Positions 26,488 to 38,330 of a stretch of DNA of 64,000 nucleotides are shown piece by piece (position 1 is the stretch's first letter; every line of letters begins with the position of its first letter). Under the pieces are notes generated by a model. The model saw nothing but the letters and a program-made list of their open reading frames with translations, did not search any database and was not told where the DNA came from. This DNA comes from Hemiscyllium ocellatum (Eukaryota). Both the position numbers and the translations under genes were made by a program. The DNA lies in contig NC_083424.1 in NCBI RefSeq assembly GCF_020745735.1, positions 13,502,999-13,566,998 on the forward strand. Direction: 5' to 3'.

Positions 26488-26520
26488 CTGTGGATCTGGT
26501 GCTCACTGCCAGAACGTGAT
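26488..26520 (-). other. CRYBB1: Putative non-coding exon 1 of CRYBB1
   Basis: Strong donor CAG|gtaag (plus strand cttacctg, 26483-26490). TSS inferred about 30 nt downstream of TATAAA (26550-26545). Confidence 0.7.
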
Positions 26521-26544
26521 GTCTAACTGATACTCAGGGCTGAA

Positions 26545-26640
26545 TTTATACGCTGGCAAGTACAGCTCTCAAACGAACCCAGACAACAGATTTGACAGCT
26601 CATCAAAGTTTGCTACCCAAACTTAATGGTCATCACATAT
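26545..26640 (-). promoter_or_regulatory. CRYBB1 proximal promoter: TATA box plus PL2-like and PL1-like Maf-response elements
   Basis: Minus strand: TGTGATGAC (26637-26629), TGATGAGCTGTCA (26605-26593), TATAAA (26550-26545). Confidence 0.7.
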
Positions 26641-27675
26641 TCCAGCAAATTGTTTTCCCAGGCATTCAGGTGGAATAAGCCTAATTCACTATGAGCTGAA
26701 GCAAGCACTTTGCTCTGTTCAAAAGTGATTTACATGTTCCCTGACACCACACAAAATATGAAAATGACTGACAAATGAATTTTGTTCATCACATAACAAT
26801 GCTGGTGACTGGAATCAACACACACTGACATATATCAGTCTCTAAACTATACGGTGTCAGACATGTCTCTGTGGGCAATGCTCTCACCTTGGCCCCAGAT
26901 AGTTGTGGATTGAAATCTCACTCCAGAGACATCACTCCAGAATATAATGTGTCACTTCAGTGCACTGCTGAAGGGGTGTTGCATTGTCAGCGACAGCATC
27001 TATCAGATCTGATTTTTAACTAAGATCAGGGTTACCCTTACAAATAGACTTTAAAAAATCTCATAACTTCATGAAGAACAGCAATAGAATCTTAATCTCA
27101 TCCAGTACAGAAGTGGTTCTTCGGCCCATCGAGTCTGTAGCAACAAAAAACTATTCTGGATTTACACTCGTCCCATTTTCCATCAGTTGGTCCATTACCT
27201 TGAAGGTTATGATGTCTCAAGCGCTCATCCATGTACATTTGGGAGGTTTCCTGCCTCGAGTACACATTCAAGCAATAATTCCAGACCCCGACCACCCTCT
27301 GGGTGCAAGTGTTTTCCTCAAATCCCTTCAAAAGCTCCTGCTTTTCATTTGAAAGTTACACCTCCTTGTTATTGAGGGGGGGGGAGTATTTATTATCCGG
27401 TCAACATCTCCAAAATAGATAGCCTGGTCATTATTGCATGAATATTAATGTTAATTTGAGCTTACGACAAGAAAATTGGCTGCCATGTTTCCAATAGCAC
27501 AATGGTAACCACACTCCAGGAGTTGTTAATTATCTGCAAATTATTTTAGGATCTCCTGAGATTGTGAAAAAGCTATATGAGTGCAAGTCTTTCTTTTCAA
27601 CATGAAAGTATTTCTAAAATCTGGAAATATCTTGCAGGACAGAGACTCTGCTTGGGTCATCATCACAGCACAATA

Positions 27676-30600
27676 TATTGTGACTGGAATGAAGTCAGCC
27701 AGGTGGACCTCAAATAATATGAGTTCCCTGATTGTGGCTGTTAACTTGGTCTAAGCGGGGAGGCCTGGTTGACAGATAGGAACAGCAGTGTCAGGGGCTC
27801 TGCTCACCCTATGAGCTGGCTCTGAGCTAGCTGGGTCAGTGTCACGTACCATGCACATGTAAATAAAGGAGGACTTGTTGGTGGGATATCGGCTTTTGGG
27901 GAGATATGAGAGAAAAATATACCCCTGAAGAGATTGGCTCACAACAGTCATCTTTGAGTTGGGGTAGGAATTTCTGGCATTACGCTGCCATTGAAGACCG
28001 GGCCCAGTATTTGTAAAAAAATGCATTAACTATTCAAGCCATACGACATTGGGGCAGATAAAAAGCAATGAGTAATTCTCCTGACCACTTGGGGACCTAC
28101 AGCTTTTCAGTTACCAGGAGCTTAACTTTCCTTGAGGCAGCAGGTACTAAAACCTTTCAAGAATGGACAGATTTAGCTAAGGAATACCATGACCCCAAGC
28201 CTCCTCTAGTTCTGAGACACCAGTCCGAGAACCAAAGGAATCCATATCAGGATTTTTGGCAAGGTTGAGATGACTGGCACAGGAATGTAGTTTTGGTTTA
28301 ACCCCAAGGGAGATCTGGGAGACCATTTGGTATATGGGATTAATAATGTATCCATGCAAAAGCACCTATTATCTGAAGCCCAGTTGGACTTCAAAGAGGC
28401 ACTACAACTGGCTTTGACATTAGAAAATGCAACAAGTGGAGCTTAGGAGTTGCAGAGTATTCCAACAGAAGTGGACCACGCTCACCAGGCCACATGAGCT
28501 GAGGGACCAGTAGTTGAGTGAAAGCAATTGCATAGTCTCACTCAGGACATAGCCTGAACAGAGGGACTCTGAGTCAGCCCACAGCAAAACGCCACATCAA
28601 ATCCTCAGTCAAATGGCTAAAATCTTCTCAAGGATCTGAGTTGGCGAACTATTGTAGTCACTGCCATTTTGCAGACTCAAGGCAGCAAAAAGAGTGCCAC
28701 TAGGCCTGAACTGAGTAAGAGAATTCAGAGGCCATTTTCCAGGAAAGTGCACACCCTGGAAATTCCACTTACAGCTCATTCCGAATGGTTACGTTGCTTA
28801 GCAGCATCCAGATCAGAACCAATCACAATAAATATCTGGTTAAACGGTCACCCAGTTCGAAGAGAGGTCAATACCAGCATGGCTGTATCCAGTCTTTATC
28901 AAAGTACGCCCTGGACTTCAACCTTTAAATTTGTTTCAGGCCTCGGCCAGGCTGAGAATCTATACCTAATCATTAAGGGTACATCTTCAGTTCTAGCCTC
29001 TTACAAGGAGCAGCTGGTTTAGTTACCACTGATTGTAATGAAATGCTTGGGCCCAAGCTTAATGGAGTGAAGTTAGTTGAGAAAGGTTCACCTTGATTGG
29101 CTCAACATTTTTCGATTAGAAACTAGCAACCTGAGTGAAGTCCTAATTAAATACTCGGACGTTTTTTCAGGAAGGTCTAGGGACTATCGAGGGAGCCAAA
29201 GCCACCTTGCATGTTGACCAAGAAGCCATCCCATGATTCTGCAAGGCCCCTCCCAGTGCCATTTGCCTTTTGTGCATAAGAAGAGGCAGAAATCAGGAGG
29301 CTGGAAAGGGAAGGAATCATCAAACGGGTCCAGTTTGCAGAATGGGCAGCACGGGTCGTACTGAGTATGAAGCCCAAAGGGTTGATTCATCTTTGTGGGG
29401 GTTTCAAACATACAGTGAACTACTTCCTACAGCTGGTTAAATATCTAATCCCTCGCGGAGAGTACTTACACGCAAAGCTGGCAGAGTAGCCATCCTTCAT
29501 GAAGCTGGAAATGAGCCATGCTTACCTGCAACTGCAATTAGATGAGGGTTTCCAGAATACGCTACAATTAATACCTGTAAGGGTTTGGACCAATAGCCGA
29601 ACTGCTTTTTGTGTTATTGTCAGCCTGTGCTATTTTCTGGTGGACGCCGGAGAACATGTTACAAGGTCTACCCCAGATCACCATTTATCTGGATGATGTG
29701 CTAATAACCAGGAAGAACAATAAAGAGCATTTAGAGAACTCAGACATAGTACTTAATGTTTCTCCAAGGTGGGTGTACACCTCCAAAGGGAAAAATGTGT
29801 TTCGGCACTCCAAGTGATGTACTCATGCTGCAGATTCAACATGATAGAGTTACACCCATCGGAAGATGAAGTGAGAGCAATCAAAGGTGGCCCGGCCTGA
29901 CATCTGTACCAGAGCATAGGTCTTTCTTTAGGTTGGTGAATTATTATGGAAATTAATCTGTAATCTGGCCTCCACCCTGGCACTCTTACGTCTGCTGTTG
30001 AAAAAGGGTGAGCCTTGGAAATGGTCTCATAGCCAAGACGTAGCCTTTAAGGAAGTGAAGAAGCAGCTGTCATCATTGAAGGTGTTGGCACTCTATATTC
30101 CGAAGGGAGTGGTGGTGATGACAGGCGTATGGTACCAGGGTAGTGTTGGCTCATCAATGGTCCAGTGGGGAGGAATGCCCAATAGCATAGGCTTCCTGGA
30201 CTTTGGCTAATACTGAACAAAAATACACCATGATAGAAAAGGAAGATTTGGCAGTCATCTTTGGTGTGAGAAAGTTCTGCCAATACCTTTACAGATGCAA
30301 ATTTGTAATAGTAATGGACCACAAAGCCATGCTTGGGCTATTTAACGAGGACATGTTGTCCATAGCTTCAGGTCAAATTCAGCGAAGGGCTCTTATTCTG
30401 AGTGCGTACATGTCAGAACAGCATCCACGAGACCAAGTGGCAAATACGGATGCCTTGAGCTGCCTCCCACTGGAGGACACTGGCACCACCACAGGGACAG
30501 TTCATTCTGGTTTCAATCTTCCTGGACACCCTTTCAGTCACTACTGACTATATCAGACTCTGGACACAAATAGATCCGGTCCTAGCAAAACTAAAACATC

Positions 30601-32310
30601 TGGCTGTGAGGGGGGAAACAAAAGGGCCATCGCAACCAGAACTGAAACCTTTTTGGACCTGGTGAGACCAGGTCACCTTAGAGGATGACATATTATTATG
30701 GGGAGCAGGACTGATTGTCCCTTGTAAAGGTCACTGCCAGATATTGGCTGAACTCCACCAAGGTCACCCAGGAGTTTCCAAAACAAAGATGTTGATGAGA
30801 GGTTCTGCCTGGTCAACAGGATTGGATGGCGACATAGCTGCATCAGTGGGGCAGTACCCAGAGAGGAAACAAAGTAAACGTTACTGCTAACAGGCTCCCC
30901 CACATTTGTGGGGATCGCCGGATAAACCCTGGACTCAGTTATGCATTGACTGTGCTTGTCCTTTCATGGGCTCTATGTTCTTAGTTGTTGAGGGTGCCCA
31001 TTGAAAATGGTTGGACAGGCATAGAGTTCATTCATCAAACACGGGGATGATGAGTGCAAGGCTGTGAGCATCTTTTCCAATACAAAGATTACTAGAGATA
31101 TTGGTCACAGACAACAGGCCATCATTTATCAGCAGGGAATTTGAGTATGTCCGAAAGTCAACTGGCATTCAACATACCATCCATCATCCAATTGTCGGGT
31201 GGAAAGAGCAGTCCAAACTTTGAAGGCAGGCTTAAAGAACCCTGATGATCCCTGATGAAGGGCTTTTGCTCGAAACGTCGATTTTCCTGCTGCTCAGATG
31301 CTGCCTGACCTGCTGTGCTTTTCCAGCACCACTCTAATCTTGACTCTAATCTCCAGCATCTGCAGTACCCACTTCTGCCTTAAAGAAACAACCTACAGCT
31401 TCAGTTGATATCAAGCTGTCCAGTTTCTTGTTTAATTATTGATCACCCCTCATACAACTACAGAGATAGCATAAGCAGAGTTGCTCATGGGGAGAAGACT
31501 CTAGACAGGTTAGATTTGATTTTCCCAGAACTGGGGAGTGGAAGGGTGAAACAGCATTAGGAACACCAATACCGGACACAAGAACGTGTTAGGCGAGAGA
31601 GGCAGTTTACTTCAGGGGATGAGGTTTGGTGCTGAAACCATGGAAATGGCCCTGCATGGGTAAGAGGCAAGGTCAAAGTGAGGGCAGGTCCCATGACATG
31701 CAAAGTTCAGGTAGATAAGGCGGTCCTTAACGAGCGCGCGGACAGGATGAAAGCTGCACCCTCTCAACTGGGGCAGGAGCAAAACATAGCCAGACTCTCT
31801 GAACATCCGGCAAGGCTGTCAGAACCCATGGGTTCTCCCCCTCTGCTTAGTGTCGAAGCAACCTCTGAGGACGAGATAGACATGGTAGATGTTATAACCT
31901 TGCCACTGTTCCTATCTGATTAAAGGGATGAATTTCTTCTGAGATACTCTGGGCAAAAGAGGTGGGCTACAGTCCGGTACAGGATCCAAGGCAGAGTCGT
32001 GGTGTGAAAACGCCCCAGGAGAAGCTACAGGAAAATGAACAGAGCTACATCTCAGGACTTAGAGGGGAGAAGGAATGTTGTGATTGGAACGAGGTCAGCC
32101 AGGTGGATCTCATAGAAAGTGAGTTCCCTGATTGGGGCTGTTTACTTGGTCCAATCGGGGAGCCCTGGCTGACAGTTATAAACAGGAGTGTCACAGGTTC
32201 TGCTTACTCTGAGAGCTGGCTCTGAGGAAGCTGGATCAGTGTCATGTACTGTGCACGTGTAAATAAAGGGGTCTTGATGACGTGATACCAGCATTTGTGG
32301 ATTTATTACA
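27676..32310 (+). mobile_element. Decayed near-full-length Ty3/Gypsy LTR retrotransposon
   Basis: Direct ~235 bp LTRs (about 27676-27910 and 32076-32310, the latter TG...CA). Polypurine tract agaggggagaaggaa at 32061-32075. Frameshifted remnants in PR-RT-RH-IN order: protease (NGHPVRREVNTSMAVS), RT (ITIYLDDVLI), RNase H (EKEDLAVIFGVRKFCQYL...MDHK), integrase (HQGHPG, VTDN). Confidence 0.9.
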
Positions 32311-32876
32311 CAAGGAAGAAGCACAATACAAGGCTTGAATTTTAAAAGCCATTGGATTGAGACGAAAGGAAGAGTTGGGGAAAGAAAGGGAATCAATAGA
32401 TTAGAAATCTGGCAGAGTATTGAATTTGAGGGAATGACGTCTAATATAATTTAAATGCAAGGAGTAAAGTGGCATTAGGGCCAGAGAATTTATCATTGGG
32501 CACAATAACCACCAAAATAAAATGTTTAGAATCACATTGAATATTTAGTCATTTATTTAAAACAAAAAGCTTGTCTTCTGATTTGATTTTCAGTTTTCAC
32601 AGTCAAGAAGACATGATAGAAATTAAGGGGAAGGAAGATCTGAATACAAGCTAATGTCATGAGGTATGTGCAACAATGTACATTGTTAGCATCGTACAAC
32701 TCAAAACCTATTTCACATACTACACATTCATATCTTATAAGTTTCCTCTTTACCACCACAGTTGAGTTTATTGAATTGTAATATTGTAATGATTTTTGAA
32801 GGGAAATGTTGGACTGAATCCGTTAATGCTATTTTCACCATGTGTGCCATGCTCAGGAACACTCGTAAATATCTTA

Positions 32877-33191
32877 TGGGCGGCACGGTGGCACAATGGT
32901 TAGCACTGCTGTCTCACAGCGCCTGAGACCCGGGTTCAATTCCCGACTCAGGCAACTGACTGTGTGGAGTTTGCACGTTCTCCCCGTGTCTGTGTGGGTT
33001 TCGTCCGGGTGCTCCGATTTCCTCCCACAGTCCAAAGATGTGCGGCTCAGGTGAATTGGCCATGCTAACTTGCCCGTAGTGTTAGGCAAGAGGTAAATGT
33101 AGGGGTATGGGTGGGTTGCGCTTCGGCGGGTTGGTGTGGACTTGTTGGGCCGAAGGGCCTGTTTCCACACTGTAAGTAATCTAATCTAATC
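32877..33191 (+). mobile_element. tRNA-derived SINE (shark HE1-like), young full-length copy
   Basis: Head gggcggcacggtggcacaatggttagc (A box) ... gggttcaattcc (B box); CR1-like tail ending in (aatct)n; CpGs retained. Confidence 0.85.
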
Positions 33192-34559
33192 TTAATGTTG
33201 GTTGTGAATGCTGGTGAATATACAACACCGAGTAGACGTTAGTCCTGACGATGGAGGAGGGAAATGTTAGTTGACATCGAGAAAATGAAACCCACCTCAC
33301 CATGGTACTTTCCATACCAGCTTGCTGTAAAGTGATTGGGAAAGGATGGGTTCAAGTTAGTATCAGCCTGGTTTCTGAGTCAAAAGATTTGGGTTTGAAT
33401 GTAGCGCATGAGCACAAACCCTAGGCTTGCCATACTGTGGGAGAGCTGCATTGCCAGTGCTGGCTTCTTTTAGATGAGATATTAAACTACAGACATGTCT
33501 GCCTGGTTCTTGGGCGGATGTAAGAGGCTCCTTGACATTATTTCATAGAAAAGTGGAGGAACTCCCAACATTTTCCTCACCAATATTTGTCCCTGAGCCA
33601 ACTCTCAAATGGAGAAGATTTAGTTGTCACTCTGACTATATATGGATTCTTGTTGTGAGCAAATAGGGTCACTCATTTCTGACAATAGCTATACTTCATC
33701 AAAGACCTAAGTGTCTGGAACAAATGAAAGTCACATCTATCTCTTAATGCCAACAGATTGCCAAATCATAGAATCCCTACAGTGTGGAAGGAAGTCATTT
33801 GGCTCATCAAGTCACACCAACTCCACTCAGATCCACCACCCAATCGGATAACCCTGAATTCCCTATAACTAAACCACCTGGTCTGCACATCCCAGACAGT
33901 ATGGGGAATTTAGCATAGCCAATCCAATTAACCTGCACATCTTTGAGGAGCAATCCCACACAGACACGGGGAAGAGTGGAGTTTGCACAGTCACCCAAGG
34001 CTGGAATGGAACCTGGAGTCCCTAGTCCTTTGAAGCAGCGGTATTAACCACTGAGCACTGTGCCACCCAACTAATGATAATCTGAGAGTTAAATGTATGT
34101 CGAGTACAGAGGTATCTACATAGACGTATGGCACTGCCCAGTGTAGGACTGCATTTCACAGCGTGCCTGTTCTGCTCAACGTAACCTGAGGTAGCTGATC
34201 CCAGCTTTAGGTGGTTCAGGGAAAACCGGGATGAATTTTCAACTTGTCACCAAAGTCTCAGAGTTGGGGCTGCTGGCCAGCCATACGCTGTGGAAATATT
34301 TCATCAGCATTGGTTTCAGATTTTACAATGGGCAGCTGACCAGAACGCCCACATGGCAAATTGGTAAACAGTCTCACTGTATTTGATCTGTGTAACTTTG
34401 GGCACAGCATCGGTTTCTGTGACTCACTGTTGAAGAGTTGCACTCTAGCTATAGGTGCTGGGTAGTAAGTAACTGGGTCAAAGGGTTAATGCTAAAGTTA
34501 TTTTTACTGATGTGATGTGCTTGCAGTATTCTTCATGCATTCCTCTGTTAACTATAGAT

Positions 34560-34690
34560 CATGACATTGCTCTACATTGTTGCGAACACAATAAACTCTT
34601 GATGAATCCCCTCCCCTGCTGCTGAGCCAGGAGTTTGATGAATACAGGTCTCTGCAATTGACTCTGCTTAAAGTGTGAGCTATAAAAACC
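34560..34690 (+). promoter_or_regulatory. CRYBA4 proximal promoter: SOX-like sites, MARE-like site, TATA box
   Basis: CATTGT 34575-34580, TGCTGAGCCAGGA 34620-34632, TATAAAA 34681-34687, followed by a short exon and a donor site. Confidence 0.65.
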
Positions 34691-34710
34691 CTGAGAGGAA
34701 ACAACTTAGT

Positions 34711-34740
34711 ATCAGAGCTGTGCGTTCCGGTCTACAAAAG
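34711..34740 (+). other. CRYBA4: Putative non-coding exon 1 of CRYBA4
   Basis: Starts about 30 nt after the TATA box; ends at consensus donor AAG|gtgagt (34740/34741). Confidence 0.65.
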
Positions 34741-34851
34741 GTGAGTGTTGCCATGTTTGAGAAAATATGCTGTAGTTGCTACTTCAAATCATGTACAGGA
34801 TGTGGGCCATCCTCCGTTGGAAGACCATAACAAAAAAATACTGGGGCAAAA

Positions 34852-36397
34852 TAGTTGAAAGAGAGAAGGCCAGTGGTAGGACCTAGTTACATAACAATTA
34901 TGACTCTGAAGAAGAGAGTTTTGTGTTATTAACTAAACCTTAACCTTGATTCCACAGTTGAAGCTCAGTGACTAGTTCTGTTCTGTGTAGTACAGAGGCG
35001 CTATGGAAAGTGCAAAAAAAATTTGCAAAGGATGATAACAGGGGATACAGTTATCTGAGAGAAAAAAATCAACTGTACAGGCTCTTTTCTCCAGAACTGA
35101 GAAGGTTAGGGGAACGATCAGGTACAAGTGATTAGTGTGCACTTCAGGGATTGATGGAGTAGATGTGTGAAAGATATTTCTATTTATGGGTAAGTTCAAA
35201 ACTGGGAAGGGGGGGTCATAAAATCTAACACAGTCATTAATAAAAGAACACAGGCATGCAGGAAAAGCAGAGAGTTGATAGGCTGTGGAAATTATCACGA
35301 CAGGGAGTAGTTCTGATGAGTAGTTTGGATGTATTTAAGGGGAAGTTCAATATTTTTAATGTGTGTGTTACATTTAGGGAGTCTGCGTTGCTATGGCAAC
35401 TAGCACTTTTACATGCATGTTGTTGCCTCGAGCTACAGATAGTGATAGCTGAGACTCCAATTTCTCCCGATCACACAGCTGACCAGGAACCTCTCCTGCT
35501 CTTCCTGCCTGTCCCCGGCCTATCCCCAGCCTGTCCCCAGCCTGTCCCCAGCCTGCCCGCGGCCTGTCCCCGGCCTACACTGTAAGGATTCATGTTTTGC
35601 TGGATATTGATACTCAACTTGTCTGCCGTGTCATGAAAAGACACCGTTTGTGGTCATCAATTCCTGGATGGTACTCAAACCCAGAGGTAGGAACACTACC
35701 CACTGCTCCACAAGACCATCTAGATTTAAAAAAACCTACATGTGAGGAAAGGAATAGAGTAACAAGAAGATTGTGCAGACGATAAACTTTGGTATGGACT
35801 TGTTAGGACCAATGGACTGTTTCCGTGCTGTGGAGCCTGTGTAATTTTATTTTCCTTTGGTGTTGGGAGCAGAGTGTAAAGTAACAAGGATCTTTAATTA
35901 TAATTTTACAGAAAAAACAGGAGTCGGCCATTCAGCCCCTCCAGCCTGCTCTGCCATTCTTGATCTGCCCCTTTGTTTTAACTCTTCTTTTGTAGCAGCT
36001 CCTGATAGAGGAGCAACAAAATTGCAAAATCCTTTTGGGTTTTGGGTTCAGTGAGTATGTTCCTGCCTCTGGGATTGAGTGCCACCCAGGATTCAATTAC
36101 CACAATGTGTGTCTTCATAACATGGCAGACAACTTGAATATCAATACCCATCAAAACATGAATCCTGACAGCGCAGGCTGGGGACAGGCCGGGAACACGC
36201 CAGGGACAGGCCAGGGACACACCGGGGACAGACAGTAAGAGCAAGAGAGGTTCCTGTTAGCCGTGTGATTGGGAGAGTCACTGAGCTTCAACTGTGGAAT
36301 CAAGGTTAAGGTTTAGTTAATAACTCAAAACTCTCTTCTTCAGAGTCATAACTGTTATTTAACTAGGTCCTACCACTGGCCTTCTCTCTTTCAACTA
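34852..36397. repeat. Two-tier inverted duplication in CRYBA4 intron 1
   Basis: 34852-34973 versus the reverse complement of 36276-36397 (122 bp, 3 mismatches); 35464-35697 versus the reverse complement of about 36055-36275 (clearly more diverged). Confidence 0.9.
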
Positions 36398-37449
36398 CTT
36401 TTGTGGTGGGAGGGACCCAGGGGCACTCTGACTCTGGGTCGCCATTCCCTAATTAGAGCAGCAAATCCCAACAGGGAATCACTATCGGGTAAGCAGAAGC
36501 TGAGATTTAGGATGCTGTATAGCTGAGCACTAAAGTAACTAGTGGAGTCCAGGAGGCACAGTGCTCACAGTCTCTCCCCCATGGTTCCATACCTGCATCT
36601 TCATTCTCCTGGGTGAGACAGACAGATGTATTGGTTCAACACTGTACCAAGTCCTGAGGGTCCTGCTCATCCTGTTCTGGAACTTATTGAATCTGCTGCC
36701 AACATTACCCACTGAGGCATTCCAGATCAGAACTACTGCTCTCCCTCACACAGGTTAGAACTGGCCCTGTACACAGCTGACATTGTGCCTTCAATCCTGA
36801 GAAGGTGGTAATGTCAAACCATGGCAGTGCTTCGCCCAGAGTGCACTCTGATCAATGGGAATCAAAGGAAGACAGTTCTTGAGGGTAGGGTACAGTTGCA
36901 CTGGCACTGGTGCCCAAAGAGTTCAAGCTTTACAATTGGATCTCTGCAATCAGAGCAGCATGTCACCTTCCAGCGAGGGTATTACAGCAGAGTGGTTACT
37001 GGGAGAAAGTGAGGACTGCAGATGCTGAAGAGTCAGCATCAAAATGTGTGGCGCTAGAAAAATGCAGCAGGTCAGGCAGCATCTGAGGAGCAGGGGAATC
37101 AATGTTTCGGGCATAAATCCTTCACCAGGAATGCTGGGGGGTGGTGAGTGGTCTGAGAGATAAATAGGAGGGTGGGAGTGGAGCTGAGGGGGGACAGGGT
37201 ATGTGGGATGGTGATAGATGGATGCAGGTAGGAGGTGCTTGTGATAGGTCGATGGGGAGGGTGGAGAGGATAGGTGGAAAGGAAATTGGATGAGTAGGTC
37301 AGTTCAAAAGGGCGGTGCCAAGTTGGAGGTTTGGATCTGGGATGAGGTGTGGTGGAGGAGAGATTTCGAAACTAGTGAAGTCAATGTCAATGCCATGTAG
37401 TTGAAGGGTCCCAAGGCGGAAGATGATGCATTCTCCCTTCAGATGTCGG

Positions 37450-37975
37450 ATGGCGAGAGTTTAGCGGTGTGTTTCAGGAGGGATGTGACTACACCAAGGG
37501 AGTGCAGAGGAAGTTCGCCAGGATGATGCCTGGGTTGGAAACGACAGAGGGAGGTTGGATAGGCTTGGGTTGTTTCCAACAGAAGACTGAGGATCGATCT
37601 GATTGAGGTGTAGCAAATTATGAGGGGGGTAGACAGAGTGGGTGTGGGGCAGCTGTTCCCCTTAGCTGGAGGGTTAGTCATGAAAGGACACAGGTTCAAG
37701 GTGAGGGGCAGGAGTTTTAGGGAGGAGATGTGAGGAAAACGTTTTTATCCAGATGACGGTCTGGAATGCGCTGTCTGGGAGGGTGGTAGAGGCAAGTTAT
37801 CTCTCATTATTTAAAAAAGGTTCCTGGAAGAGCACTTGGAACGCCATAACATTCAAGGCTATGGGCCAAGTGCTCGTAAATGGGATGAGGTTGAAGGTCA
37901 GGTGTTTCTCACATGTTGACGCTGACTCGATGGGTTGAATGCCCTCTTCTGCACTGTGCAATTGGATGATATGAT
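37450..37975 (+). mobile_element. CR1-type LINE 3' fragment
   Basis: RRKFARMMPGL..., VWNALSGRVVEA motifs. Confidence 0.75.
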
Positions 37976-38294
37976 CTAATAAAATTGGTTAAATATTAGA
38001 AAATGAAACTTTTGAAAATGTATGGGAAAGCCCTTGTGAGTAAGTGCTAAATCATGATCCCCTTTCTGGAAGGTAACCTGTCACTCACTGCTGAGGCTCA
38101 AATGACAAAAATGCCTGCTCTTGGCTCTTTTTGATTGAATAACTCTTTCTCATAGCTTGTACAGGCCTACTGTTGTATCTATCTGTGGAAAAGTGTGCTT
38201 TACAAGGCAGCAAACACCATTAAGTGCAGTGTTTAATCTAATCTCATTCTTTATTTGTTCCAGGACTAAGCCCTAAATATATATAAAATTCAGG

Positions 38295-38330
38295 ATGTCT
38301 CACTGTACCAAGCTCTCCAGTCACTGGAAG
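38295..38330 (+). CDS. CRYBA4: CRYBA4 exon 2 coding part (12 aa)
   Basis: ATG TCT CAC TGT ACC AAG...TGG AAG|gtaag. Likely acceptor ttctttatttgttccag|, exon starting at 38264. Confidence 0.88.

Noticed and set aside
27671-27675. TSD for the Gypsy element
   Set aside because: caata versus caagg (32311-32315) match only partly; not claimed.
32877-32950. tRNA-like A/B boxes
   Set aside because: Head of a SINE that continues into SINE body and tail; many copies; not a tRNA gene.
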